Positions 40,074 through 49,179 of a DNA stretch of 64,000 bases are shown here, in pieces (the first letter of the stretch is position 1; the number at the start of each line of letters is the position of its first letter). Source of the stretch: a bacterium (lineage in GTDB: Bacteria; JACRDZ01; JAQUKH01); assembly GCA_028719205.1 (NCBI GenBank), contig JAQUKH010000004.1:38332-102331 (forward strand). Direction: 5' to 3'. A model generated the notes under the pieces. The model ran no database searches. It was not told the DNA's origin and was given only the letters and a program-made list of their open reading frames with translations. A program made the translations under genes and the position numbers.

Positions 40074-41678
40074 ATGAAAAAAGTCTATTTTCTGCTGATC
40101 ATTTTTTTATTTATATTTTCCAAAAGCTATAGCGCCCAACCTAAATATGAAGATTTTAAAGATGATATTGAAAAATATAAGAACATGATCACTGCCAATC
40201 CTAATAATTTTGACGCGCTTTGTAATCTTGGAAGGTTATTTGAAATTGTTGGAGATAATAAAGACGCCTTAACGGCATATTCAAAAGCTATAGCCATTAA
40301 ACCAAACAGCATAGAGGCCAATTTCGCAAAAATTGACATATATAAAAAACTTAATAAAGAAGCGGAACTTATCTCTGAATATAATAAAAAGGTATGTAAT
40401 ACAAAAGAAGAAAACCTGCTAAATTATTTATTTTTAGGATATGCCCTTAAACAAAATCGGACTAAGATCCTTCAATACAATAAATGCATTGAAATAAATC
40501 CTGATTTTTTCTGGGCGCATTTTGAATTAGGTAAAGTTTTTATTGACATGGAAATCTGGTTTCAGGCAAAAGAAGAATTCCTGATAGCTCTAAAAAATAA
40601 TCCGCAGTCAGACATTACACTGGCTTATGTAGCTTATGCACTTTTTCAAGCAGGAGAAATTGATAACGCGAAAAAATATGTTGACAGGGCGCTCAATTTA
40701 AATCCCAGCTGCCCGGTCGCGTATTTTGTCTTAGCCATTATTGCTGAAAAAGAAGAAAATTTTGAGGTTGCAAAAGAAAATCTGACGCTGACAAAAGTGC
40801 TTGACCCTCTTTATTCCCCCGCTTATTATGAATTAGGATTGTTATATTTAAAAAACAAACTTCTAAAAGAGGCTGAAGAAGAGCTGCTTAACGCGAAAAA
40901 ATTGGGTTATTCAAAAACTACTTTGTTCATATCCTTGAGCGACCTGTATACAGAGACAAACCAAACCGATAAAGCTGAAAAGGAACTAAGGGAATTTATT
41001 AAAATAGATCCTTATGCCCAAACCCCGTATATTAATCTTGTAAAGATATACAAGAAGCGGGGCGAAACCAATAAAACTATTGAAACTTTACTGGAATTCA
41101 TGAAAAATAATTCGGAACTGCCTGAACCTCACATCATGCTTAACGAAATATATCTTGAGCAAAAGATGTATCCTGAGGCTTTAAAAGAAATGCAGAAACT
41201 ATTAGAAATCGGTATAGATAATGTTTCCATCAGAAATAATCTTGGTTATATTTATGATGAATCGGAGCAGTATAACAAAGCAATAGAGCAATATAAGATC
41301 TCTATCACTCTTGATTCAACCAGCTCACTTACATACAGCAATATGGCAGGCACTTATCTGAAAAAAGGTATGTTCGATCAAACCATTATTTTCAGCACAA
41401 AGGCAATTGAATTAGACCCGAAAAACCTGTCCGCGTATAATAACTTAGGAACCGCTTACAGCAACAAAGGAATGTATAGCGAGGCAATTAAAGCTCTTGA
41501 AAAAGCCATAAGCCTTGACAACACTCAAGCTATATTATATAATAACCTCGGATCTGCTTACGCGGCTTCCGGACAATTAAAAGATGCTAAAAAGGCGTGG
41601 GAAAGAGCTCTGGAAATCGATCCTGCCTTGGAAATGGTTAAAAAAAATCTGAAAGTATTAGAAAATATAAGAAAATAA
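40074..41678 (+). CDS. Secreted TPR-repeat protein (534 aa).
   Basis: Signal peptide, then about 12 TPR units (AxxxYxxAIxxxP patterns). Confidence 0.8.
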   Translation: MKKVYFLLIIFLFIFSKSYSAQPKYEDFKDDIEKYKNMITANPNNFDALCNLGRLFEIVGDNKDALTAYSKAIAIKPNSIEANFAKIDIYKKLNKEAELISEYNKKVCNTKEENLLNYLFLGYALKQNRTKILQYNKCIEINPDFFWAHFELGKVFIDMEIWFQAKEEFLIALKNNPQSDITLAYVAYALFQAGEIDNAKKYVDRALNLNPSCPVAYFVLAIIAEKEENFEVAKENLTLTKVLDPLYSPAYYELGLLYLKNKLLKEAEEELLNAKKLGYSKTTLFISLSDLYTETNQTDKAEKELREFIKIDPYAQTPYINLVKIYKKRGETNKTIETLLEFMKNNSELPEPHIMLNEIYLEQKMYPEALKEMQKLLEIGIDNVSIRNNLGYIYDESEQYNKAIEQYKISITLDSTSSLTYSNMAGTYLKKGMFDQTIIFSTKAIELDPKNLSAYNNLGTAYSNKGMYSEAIKALEKAISLDNTQAILYNNLGSAYAASGQLKDAKKAWERALEIDPALEMVKKNLKVLENIRK

Positions 41679-41700
41679 TATTGTGTGAGTATTTGTAGTT

Positions 41701-41775
41701 TGGGGAGTGGTCTAATGGCAGGACAACAGATTCTGAATCTGTCAGGTGAAGGTTCGACTCCTTCCTCCCCAGCCA
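41701..41775 (+). tRNA. tRNA-Gln: tRNA-Gln (anticodon CTG), with encoded CCA.
   Basis: Cloverleaf: acceptor TGGGGAG/CTCCCCA, anticodon arm ACAGA-ttCTGaa-TCTGT, T-arm GAAGGTTCGACTCCTTC, 3' GCCA. Confidence 0.8.
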
Positions 41776-41963
41776 AACTTACCTTAAAGCTTGCCTAGAA
41801 AAACCAATAAAAATAATTTTAACTATCAGAAATCCCAAAGAGTCGAACGGGAAAGAGGTTTGGAGAAAACGGGAGTTTTCTTCAAGGGGTGACAGTGACC
41901 CCGATGTTTTTATCGGGGGAACGCCAGAGGGGCGGAGCCCCTATGGAGAGCGAAGCGAGTGAT

Positions 41964-41982
41964 ACTCCTTCCTCCCCAGCCA
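41964..41982 (+). repeat. 19-bp duplicate of the tRNA-Gln 3' end (ACTCCTTCCTCCCCAGCCA), 190 bp downstream of the tRNA and 6 bp beyond the pmbA stop.
   Basis: Exact 19-mer repeat of 41757-41775. Confidence 0.5.
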
Positions 41983-41988
41983 CGTACC

Positions 41989-43341
41989 CTACCCCACCAC
42001 CGAAACATCAGCAAGCAAAGCGTACTCCGGCCCGAAATATCCGCTCGCGGACTCTCCACTGGCAGACATACCGGGAGAAAAAGTAGAACGCGTTACCAGT
42101 TTATCTGAAAATCTGACATTTTTAAAATTAGCAAAAATTGAACCCGAAAGTGATCCGCCTTTGATGTATTCCACGGTCCCTTTTTCACGGTCAAAGATCC
42201 GGCCTAAACGGATCTCACTCGAGAAAGTTCCGCTGTAAGGATCCGTAAAAAGCGCCGAGAACTGTAAAACTTCAAGAATTTTAGGCTGCAGAGAAATCAA
42301 CTGGTCACGCGAGTATTTCCCCGGAGGCATGACAAGATTTCCCCTGACTGTAGTAGGCTGTTTATTTAAATAATCAGAATATTGTTTCCCGCTCAGAGTT
42401 TCCAGCACCCTGTTATCACGGACAACATCCATCGGTTTTTGAAGCAATCCATCCGGTGAAATCGCGGTTGTATCCGCGCCATAATCCAGATAAGGATCAA
42501 GCTTTAGATTAATAAGATCGCCTTCCGCTCCTTTTATAAGTTCCTGTCCAACCTCAATAAAAGGTAATTTAAGATACTTGCTCCCGCCTGAAAGCTGGGT
42601 TAAATAATCATGCATCAGAAGATCCAAAACCGCGGAATCAACAAGCACAAAATAACTTCCGCTCTCCGGTTTTTTAACAACCAGAGACGTAAATCGCGCC
42701 CGCTCAGCCGCTTCATTAAAAAGTTCATCTATTGAAAGCTCTTTTAAACCGGACGCCCACCGGTATTCAAGATATTCATCCGATCTTTTAGCGAGCAAGG
42801 TGGAAAACGCGGCCTCCGCGAAGATCTTTGTCCGGTTCGAATGATGCGTTAATCCGTTACTCAGGTGAGTTTCATAATCATGAACGGACAGAAATAATTC
42901 AGCCGAATTGAAGATCACATCGCGTTTTTTCAAAGCTACGCTGTAAATCTGCTCCGTTAGATCCTGCATAACTTTATCCAGGTTTTCGAGCATTTTGAGA
43001 TCCGCAGTTTTAAGTTTCGGCAGCATGACATCAAGCTTTGCCGGCAATTCCCACTTTTGAATATCGGTTTCCAAAGCGGACCGGACCGCTGAATCCACCT
43101 GCTCTTCCAGCGGAAGCGAAAACTTGATCATTTTCTCCGCCTCACCCTGCCGCGCGGGATCTTTTTTATTTACAAAAATCCGAAGCCGGATATTTTGTTG
43201 TTTAACCTCACGGTCCTGGTCCGTCGCGATCTCATTTTTATCAAGTAAAAAATATCGCTCACGGCGATGAATATTTTCAACCTGGATCATCCATCCTTTA
43301 ATTTCACTCCGTCTAGATAATATATCTTTAAGTTGTTCCAT
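41989..43341 (-). CDS. pmbA: PmbA/TldE-like protein, the metalloprotease partner of TldD (450 aa).
   Basis: TldD/PmbA family fold without HExxxH. Sits immediately downstream of tldD in the same orientation. Confidence 0.6.
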   Translation of the reverse strand: MEQLKDILSRRSEIKGWMIQVENIHRRERYFLLDKNEIATDQDREVKQQNIRLRIFVNKKDPARQGEAEKMIKFSLPLEEQVDSAVRSALETDIQKWELPAKLDVMLPKLKTADLKMLENLDKVMQDLTEQIYSVALKKRDVIFNSAELFLSVHDYETHLSNGLTHHSNRTKIFAEAAFSTLLAKRSDEYLEYRWASGLKELSIDELFNEAAERARFTSLVVKKPESGSYFVLVDSAVLDLLMHDYLTQLSGGSKYLKLPFIEVGQELIKGAEGDLINLKLDPYLDYGADTTAISPDGLLQKPMDVVRDNRVLETLSGKQYSDYLNKQPTTVRGNLVMPPGKYSRDQLISLQPKILEVLQFSALFTDPYSGTFSSEIRLGRIFDREKGTVEYIKGGSLSGSIFANFKNVRFSDKLVTRSTFSPGMSASGESASGYFGPEYALLADVSVVG

Positions 43342-43363
43342 TTTAAATTTTCCTCATTAATCC

Positions 43364-43476
43364 GAACTCCCCTTAATCCCCTCTTTAAAAAAAGAGGGGA
43401 AATAACAGTAAAATTATATCTGACTTTCTTCTCTTGCTCCTCCTCTTTTTTTAAAGAGGAGGCTGGGAGGAGTTCA
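43364..43476. repeat. Inverted pair of REP-like family 2 elements between tldD and pmbA.
   Basis: 43364-43405 reads CGAACTCCCCTTAATCCCCTCTTTaaaaaaAGAGGGGAAA. 43431-43476 is the same module in reverse complement (…CCTCCTCTTTttttAAAGAGGAGG..GGGAGGAGTTCA). Confidence 0.5.
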
Positions 43477-43479
43477 TAA

Positions 43480-45048
43480 TTATCCCAGTATCACCTGATC
43501 CAATAGTAAATATGGCCCGCCGCAACCGGCAACAACAAGTTCTTTATGGTATTTTCCGCAGCCGCCTGCTTTATTGAACGGATAAGCCGCATGGTCAGGG
43601 TCCGCGGTTTCACATTCGACCTTGGATACACCTATAATTGAATTTAAAACATCAGGCGTATAACCTGTCATTTGGATGTCTCCTCCCGCAGGCCCGCGAA
43701 AGATCTTCCCCGTCAGCTTTCCGTTTTTCACTTCCTCTAAATAGGCAATACCTACCTGTATCCCCATTCCTTTTGGGTCTTCCATCCCGCCGGCGGACGC
43801 CATCGCGAGGAATCCATAATCAATTTTTGAAAGGAGTTCCTCCAGCGTTTCTTTCCCCGCTTTAAAGTATGTATTTGTCTGGCGCGTATAAACTCCATTC
43901 GCAAAGCTCTCGCGTTTGCCGTTAGCGGTACGCGAAATCCCGAGACGCAGCGCGGAGGTAAAGTTTGTCATCGGAACTTCCAGTTTTCCTTCTTCGATCA
44001 AAACGTGCTCCGCCGCCAGCCAGCCCTCTTCATCAAAAAAATAACTGCCCCAGGCCGCGAAAGAATGAGTCCCGTCCCTGTAAATAGCCGGATTATTTAT
44101 AATTGTCGCGTGCTGATTCCCGGCCTTTTCTCCGGATTTATAAAGTTCCCATGCCTGGCTTCTGCCCCGCGCGCAGGTATCACCCTCCTGCGAGTGTCCA
44201 AAGGCCTCATGAGCCAGCACCCCTGTCACATCAGGCCCGAACACGACCCGGTAACGCCCCGGTTTCAGACGCCCGGCGTTTTGCAAACCTTTAAGATCTT
44301 TGAGACAATCAAGCAGATCCTTATCCTTAGTCTCATCTATGATCTCCCGTCCTCCAAGCCCCCCGACCCGGTGAAATACCCGGTGTTCGCCTGACATTAT
44401 AACAACCGTGAACGACTGCCTGTATATTGCCTGGGAAATATTACTTTCACGATCGATATAAATCGATTCCTCAAATCCAAAACCTTCCCGCGCGACAACA
44501 AACGTAATATCTTCTTTTTTTAATCCTGCCTTTAAAGCCAAGTCTTGTACTTTAACAAGAGTATCTTTCAATTTTTGCAGGCGCTGATCCGCGGTTACGA
44601 TAGCCGGATCCTGCACATAGCTGATACCAAAATGCACTTCGGTTCCGGCACCGGGATTCTCCGGTATCTGAGAACTGATTTCAGGATCTAGTTTTGTTTT
44701 CAGGCGCTCTTTCCATGATAAAGTTTTATAAGGCCGGTACTGCCCTTTTGACTGAGAGTTCTTAACCCTAGTAACAAGTTCCTTTGCTGACTTTTGAAAA
44801 TTCTCAATACTCAGGTCATCAACCGCCTCCTCAAAAAGCGTGTATCCGTTATATACACGCAATACCGCGCCCATCACCATATTATCTGAAACATTTGTTT
44901 TTCGAAGGTCAGCGGAATATACACAGCTTGCCCGTTTCTCCGCGAACACGGACACATGCCATTTCGGATCCTGCTCCAGTAGCGGCAATATTTTGGATAA
45001 TTCTTTTCTAAGTTTTTTAAAATCCCCGGACAATACAGCTCTTTTCAT
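43480..45048 (-). CDS. tldD: TldD-family metalloprotease (522 aa).
   Basis: HExxxGH zinc motif VLAHEAFGHSQEGD. Gly-rich C-terminal region typical of TldD. Confidence 0.75.
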   Translation of the reverse strand: MKRAVLSGDFKKLRKELSKILPLLEQDPKWHVSVFAEKRASCVYSADLRKTNVSDNMVMGAVLRVYNGYTLFEEAVDDLSIENFQKSAKELVTRVKNSQSKGQYRPYKTLSWKERLKTKLDPEISSQIPENPGAGTEVHFGISYVQDPAIVTADQRLQKLKDTLVKVQDLALKAGLKKEDITFVVAREGFGFEESIYIDRESNISQAIYRQSFTVVIMSGEHRVFHRVGGLGGREIIDETKDKDLLDCLKDLKGLQNAGRLKPGRYRVVFGPDVTGVLAHEAFGHSQEGDTCARGRSQAWELYKSGEKAGNQHATIINNPAIYRDGTHSFAAWGSYFFDEEGWLAAEHVLIEEGKLEVPMTNFTSALRLGISRTANGKRESFANGVYTRQTNTYFKAGKETLEELLSKIDYGFLAMASAGGMEDPKGMGIQVGIAYLEEVKNGKLTGKIFRGPAGGDIQMTGYTPDVLNSIIGVSKVECETADPDHAAYPFNKAGGCGKYHKELVVAGCGGPYLLLDQVILG

Positions 45049-45066
45049 ATTGCGATCCTCTCCAAT

Positions 45067-45129
45067 CTGAACTCCCCTTGATCCCTGCCTACCGGACAGG
45101 CAGGCCCTCTTTATAAAAAGAGGGGAAAG
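45067..45129. repeat. REP-like family 2 element upstream of tldD.
   Basis: TGAACTCCCCTTGATCCC, then the hairpin TGCCTACCGGACAGGCA, then CCCTCTTTataaaaAGAGGG. Confidence 0.45.
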
Positions 45130-45216
45130 TAAATATATTATATCAGAATTATGTTGAGATACTATGGTAAATTCAATATAATGATATTAAATAATAAATA
45201 GAATTTGGCAAATGTA

Positions 45217-45401
45217 TTTTCAAGATTTCTTTTTGCGTCTATAAAAACGATTTTTGAAATAAATCTTGGCGAAATTTTGGAATTTTGATTTACACGAACC
45301 CAGATTTGCTACCTGATAGGATTGTGGAAATCATCCAAAATGAGCCATAGATTTATCAAAAACGTTTTGGTTTTAAGCAAAAAGAGATTTTGAAAATTTA
45401 A
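45217..45401 (+). repeat. 185-bp imperfect-palindromic MITE-like repeat, copy A.
   Basis: About 93% identical to 63435-63620. Terminal inverted repeats TTTTCAAGATTTCTTTTTG / CAAAAAGAGATTTTGAAAA. The two halves are reverse complements of each other. Flanked by TTTGGCAAAT/ATTTGCCAAA. Confidence 0.55.
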
Positions 45402-45443
45402 AAATTTGCCAAACTCAAGTAAAAATCTAATGAGGTTAAATAT

Positions 45444-46061
45444 TTGAAAACAAATCCGGATAAAAATATCTTTCGTCAAAAAGGAATATCGGCAAGGGAA
45501 GGCCTCTCATACGAACAAGTGAAGGCTAAAAGCAAGGAAATAACTTATTTTTTAATGACACTGCCTGAAATAAAAGATTCTTCAGAAATATTCTGCTATC
45601 TTTCTTCTCAAGGGAAAAAAGAGGTTGAAACCGGTCAATTCATCAGCTGGGCATTAGAGCAAAATAAAAATATTTATGTCCCGCGTTCAAATTGGCAGGA
45701 GAAAACTCTTACGCTTCACAAACTGCCGGCCTTCCCTCCGGACAGGACTTTCTTTGATGAAAAATTCGGTATTATGGAACCTAAAGAAAATTATAATTTA
45801 CTGGAAGACCTGTTAAAATTAAAAACAGTAATACTCCCTGGTACTGCGGGGGACCTGAAAGGCACACGATACGGATTGAAAGCGGGTTTTTACGACAGAT
45901 TCCTCGAAAAATTATCCCAAATTCGTAAGGCAAATTCGCGAACCGCCCCTACACCGATCTTAATTCTATTTGAAGAGCAAATGTTCCCTGAACTCCCTAG
46001 AGAAGAACACGACTTTCCGGTAAAGATCATTGTTACCGACAAAAATATTTATCGAATTTAA
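45444..46061 (+). CDS. 5-formyltetrahydrofolate cyclo-ligase family protein.
   Basis: VILPGTAGDLKGTRYGLKAGFYDRFL matches the family's conserved C-terminal (l-vPg-afD--G-RlG-G-GyYDR) motif. Confidence 0.7.
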   Translation: MKTNPDKNIFRQKGISAREGLSYEQVKAKSKEITYFLMTLPEIKDSSEIFCYLSSQGKKEVETGQFISWALEQNKNIYVPRSNWQEKTLTLHKLPAFPPDRTFFDEKFGIMEPKENYNLLEDLLKLKTVILPGTAGDLKGTRYGLKAGFYDRFLEKLSQIRKANSRTAPTPILILFEEQMFPELPREEHDFPVKIIVTDKNIYRI

Positions 46062-46118
46062 TTCATATTGACGCTAAAAACTAAATCGACTATAATATTC
46101 TCCTCAAAAGTAAATTTT

Positions 46119-46194
46119 GGCGCTATCGTCTAGTGGTCTAGGACACTGCCCTCTCAAGGCGGGAACATGGGTTCGAACCCCATTAGTGCTACCA
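46119..46194 (+). tRNA. tRNA-Glu: tRNA-Glu (anticodon CTC), with encoded CCA. This is the integration target of the downstream element.
   Basis: Acceptor GGCGCTA/TAGTGCT (two G-U pairs), anticodon arm CTGCC-ctCTCaa-GGCGG, T-arm ATGGGTTCGAACCCCAT, ACCA end. Confidence 0.75.
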
Positions 46195-46220
46195 GTTATT
46201 TATCATATATAACCAATATA

Positions 46221-46260
46221 ATCAAGGGCTTAGGCAAATTGCTTAGGCCCTTGATTTTTT
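46221..46260 (+). terminator. Rho-independent terminator downstream of tRNA-Glu.
   Basis: AATCAAGGGCttaggcaaattgcttagGCCCTTGATTTTTT. Confidence 0.55.
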
Positions 46261-46332
46261 AATTGCTACCCTATTGATACCCAAAAGCCGTATATTTTGA
46301 TGTTTCATCAAAAAAACCTGCAAATAGTCCGC

Positions 46333-47847
46333 TTATTGTTTTTCCTGTGATTTCAGATATTCTTTCCCTTTTTCAGTCAATCGGTATTTCTGCAAACGGC
46401 TATTTGGTTTATCGGGCAAAGTCATTTCAATCAATAAATCAGATAAAAACATGCGGATAGTTTTATTTAAATGGCCGGATATTTCTTTCTGTCCCAGTTT
46501 ACCGGATAGTTCTGCTTTTCCTAATAGCTCCTTTTCCAGCAAATGTAAAATCCTAATTCCAAGGAACTCTGGCTGCGACTCTGGCTGCGACTCTGGCTGT
46601 GACTCTGGCTGTCCTCCGACAGCCTCAAACGCCCGGCCCGGCTTGCGTCTGATAGTTGTTACAAAACCATCATTAAGTTTAAACTCAGGCTCTTTAAGGC
46701 CAGCCCTGCGACATCGTTCAATCATATCGCCAGTCCCTGTTCCCATTCTTTCAATATATTTTGTCAAATAAAGCGGCTCTGCCAATAAAGGATTTCCTGG
46801 AACCGAGCCATGAGAATGACGCAATTTCTCCAGCGTAAGCGTTGAAGGAAGTGTTCCCGGATTCCAGACTTCAAGCCTGTCCGCAAACAACATCACCTGA
46901 ACACTACCATTGCTGGTATAATCCCGGTGTGCCACGGCATTCACAATGGCTTCACGCACCACTTCCTGCGGTATTTCATATTCAACCGGAGCCTGTACTG
47001 AATGCGCCCGGGTTCCTACTGCAAGGTTGATCTTGGACATGACAAAATCAACTGCGTGATCCACCAGCTCAAATAAAGTGCCTTTATAAACCTGATAGGA
47101 GGGAATGGGCTTAGCCACTTCTATTCCATGAAAATGGGCGCATTTTATTTCTGAAGAAATAAGAAACCTTTGCGGTTGCTTTCCAAATAAAAGAATAGCC
47201 GCATGCGTTGGACGGCCATTATCCAATAAGTTCAAATGGATAAGCACATCCAAAATTTCAGCATCATCCGACAAAGGGAATCCACGAGCTCTTCTTGCGT
47301 GACGCAGAAATTTTCTTATTTTTTCATCATCCAGATCCGGCATCAAAGCATTACGGCAATACGTGGCATCAAAGGGGCCGTTCCTGATGATTTCTTTATC
47401 TTCCAAATATTGAATCAGGCTCGCATAAATGTTTGAAATCAATTCAGCCGGAGCAACAAAACGCCTACGTATAACCTGTTCTCCGGCTATCCGTATAAGT
47501 TCCCGCATTTTCGGATGGCGTTTATCATCATCCATACCTTTTATAAAAATAAGGCGGTGCTTATTAAGTTCCGTCGCCAGCTCAAATTCACGCTGTGTGG
47601 GAGAAATGCCTTTCTGGTCTTCTCCGCCGTATTCATATCCAAACAAACCGATATAAATCGAAGAGTGTCTGACTTCATCCAAATACACTTCATCCGCTCT
47701 GCGGTCTGCGGCAGGAATCTCTTCAAAAATAAACGGCTCAAAAAAACGGCGAAGCAGAGGATCATTTTTCAGGTAATCTTTTAATATCATCCGATCTTTG
47801 GCAAATTCTTTCTGAACACCACTGATAAATATTTTATGTTTTTCCAT
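46333..47847 (-). CDS. DUF4062-like / AlbA_2 (Schlafen-like divergent AAA) / HATPase_c_4 protein (504 aa) with a PESQ tandem-repeat linker and a C-terminal wHTH-like tail. It is island cargo and a candidate defence or regulatory protein.
   Basis: N-terminus KIFISGVQKEFAKDR...IYIGLFGYEYGGE fits a DUF4062-like pattern. The central THAAILLFGKQPQRFLISSEIKCAHFHG block is AlbA_2-like. VREAIVNAVAHRDYTSNGSVQVMLFADRLEVWNPG is HATPase_c_4-like. A 12-bp tandem repeat (CTCTGGCTGCGA, about 3.7 copies) at 46567-46611 encodes QPESQPESQPESQPE. Confidence 0.55.
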   Translation of the reverse strand: MEKHKIFISGVQKEFAKDRMILKDYLKNDPLLRRFFEPFIFEEIPAADRRADEVYLDEVRHSSIYIGLFGYEYGGEDQKGISPTQREFELATELNKHRLIFIKGMDDDKRHPKMRELIRIAGEQVIRRRFVAPAELISNIYASLIQYLEDKEIIRNGPFDATYCRNALMPDLDDEKIRKFLRHARRARGFPLSDDAEILDVLIHLNLLDNGRPTHAAILLFGKQPQRFLISSEIKCAHFHGIEVAKPIPSYQVYKGTLFELVDHAVDFVMSKINLAVGTRAHSVQAPVEYEIPQEVVREAIVNAVAHRDYTSNGSVQVMLFADRLEVWNPGTLPSTLTLEKLRHSHGSVPGNPLLAEPLYLTKYIERMGTGTGDMIERCRRAGLKEPEFKLNDGFVTTIRRKPGRAFEAVGGQPESQPESQPESQPEFLGIRILHLLEKELLGKAELSGKLGQKEISGHLNKTIRMFLSDLLIEMTLPDKPNSRLQKYRLTEKGKEYLKSQEKQ

Positions 47848-48476
47848 ATTTTCCTAATAAGCAACCAATATTTGAATTGTATAAATTTTACCATAGGTTA
47901 TTAGCAAAAAATACCAAAAAAATCAGATGTTTGGTGAAATCACCTTAATTCATTGCGTAATAACAGAGCAAAGACCCCGGCCTTATCCAATTAAATGGAA
48001 ATTTCCTGTAGGGGCGTCTAATATTAAATATTGAAGATTGTTTAAATCTATAATATAATCTATTGCAATATTAAATATTAGAGATAAATTAAGAAAGGAT
48101 ATTAAACAAAAAATGTCTTAAAAAATACAATTACCAATAAAACCGCCTAACCCTTATAGTTTTACTATGAGGTATGGCACAAATAAAAACCACAACCACA
48201 AAGATGGTCTTCTGACCAGCACTTCGTGGTTGTGGTCTATGTTCCGAAAGGACATAGGGTAGTTCCGAAAGGAATTATTGCTGGCTCGGGAGACCTTTTT
48301 TATTTTTTAATGTAAAAAGGAGGGTAAATTATGGCATTGATTCCGAATTAAATAAAACAATAGACTTATTTAAAAAATCCCCCGATGATAAAAAATTGGT
48401 GTTAGAATTGTTAGATAACAGAAATAAGGGAAGAGATATTTTAAAAAAGTTTGGAAGCTAAAAGGAGAAATAAAAA

Positions 48477-48641
48477 ATGGAAGTTTCTAATGTTATCGCT
48501 TATAGGAATGAATTAACAAACAAAATTGATGAGGCTCTTAAAAAATTTGAAAAAGAAACTGAATGTATAATTATGTCTATAAATATAGTGCGTGAATATG
48601 GGACTATTATTGGAACAAACATAGAGACAAAAATACCATAA
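48477..48641 (+). CDS. Small hypothetical protein (54 aa) on the island.
   Basis: AAGGAG RBS 8 nt upstream of the ATG. Below the ORF-track cutoff. Confidence 0.3.
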   Translation: MEVSNVIAYRNELTNKIDEALKKFEKETECIIMSINIVREYGTIIGTNIETKIP

Positions 48642-48665
48642 TAAATTTTTAAAATGGAGGATGTT

Positions 48666-49169
48666 ATGAAAAAAATGTTTTTTATTTCTTTAATTTGTTT
48701 GTTTTTATCTGCATGTGGGAAAGATAGTTATGTTCGTAATGATGGTTACGCTCCCAACGAAAGCCATATTGAATATATTGTTGAATATAATAAAACAAAA
48801 AATGAAGCTTATTCAATAGCGGAAAACTGGATTGCAAAAAAATATAATTCTGCTAACAATGTAATCCAGCAAAAAGATAAAGAAAATGGAGTAATAGTTG
48901 TTAAGGCTATAGCTCCATGTGTGACGGGTTGGATGGGAGATGCAGCAATGACTGGTGGGTATGCTAACTATACATTAGAAGTAAGAATGAAAGATAATAA
49001 ATCAAAAATTTCTTTTGATTTAGGAGGGATGGGGTTTACAAACGGTCCAGATAGGCCAGAATGCGCACCACCCACTAAATCTATGCCCGCGTTAAAATCA
49101 TATTTTAAAAACATAAAAGACGAATTTGTGAAAGAATGGAATAACTCAACTAAACAAGATAATTTCTAA
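48666..49169 (+). CDS. Island lipoprotein of unknown function.
   Basis: GGAGG RBS 5 nt upstream. MKKMFFISLICLFLSAC lipobox. Confidence 0.5.
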   Translation: MKKMFFISLICLFLSACGKDSYVRNDGYAPNESHIEYIVEYNKTKNEAYSIAENWIAKKYNSANNVIQQKDKENGVIVVKAIAPCVTGWMGDAAMTGGYANYTLEVRMKDNKSKISFDLGGMGFTNGPDRPECAPPTKSMPALKSYFKNIKDEFVKEWNNSTKQDNF

Positions 49170-49179
49170 AAGGAGATTT

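Noticed and set aside
41889-42086. 65-aa plus-strand ORF (MTVTPMFLSGERQRGGAPMESEAS...) spanning the duplicated tRNA fragment.
   Set aside because: It overlaps the 3' end of pmbA on the opposite strand, is Pro/Arg-rich with GC-skewed composition, and has no RBS. Most likely spurious.
46567-46611. Short tandem repeat CTCTGGCTGCGA x about 3.7, considered as a CRISPR-like or intergenic repeat array.
   Set aside because: It lies in-frame inside the 504-aa CDS and encodes a PESQ linker. There are no spacers and no cas genes. It is a coding microsatellite.
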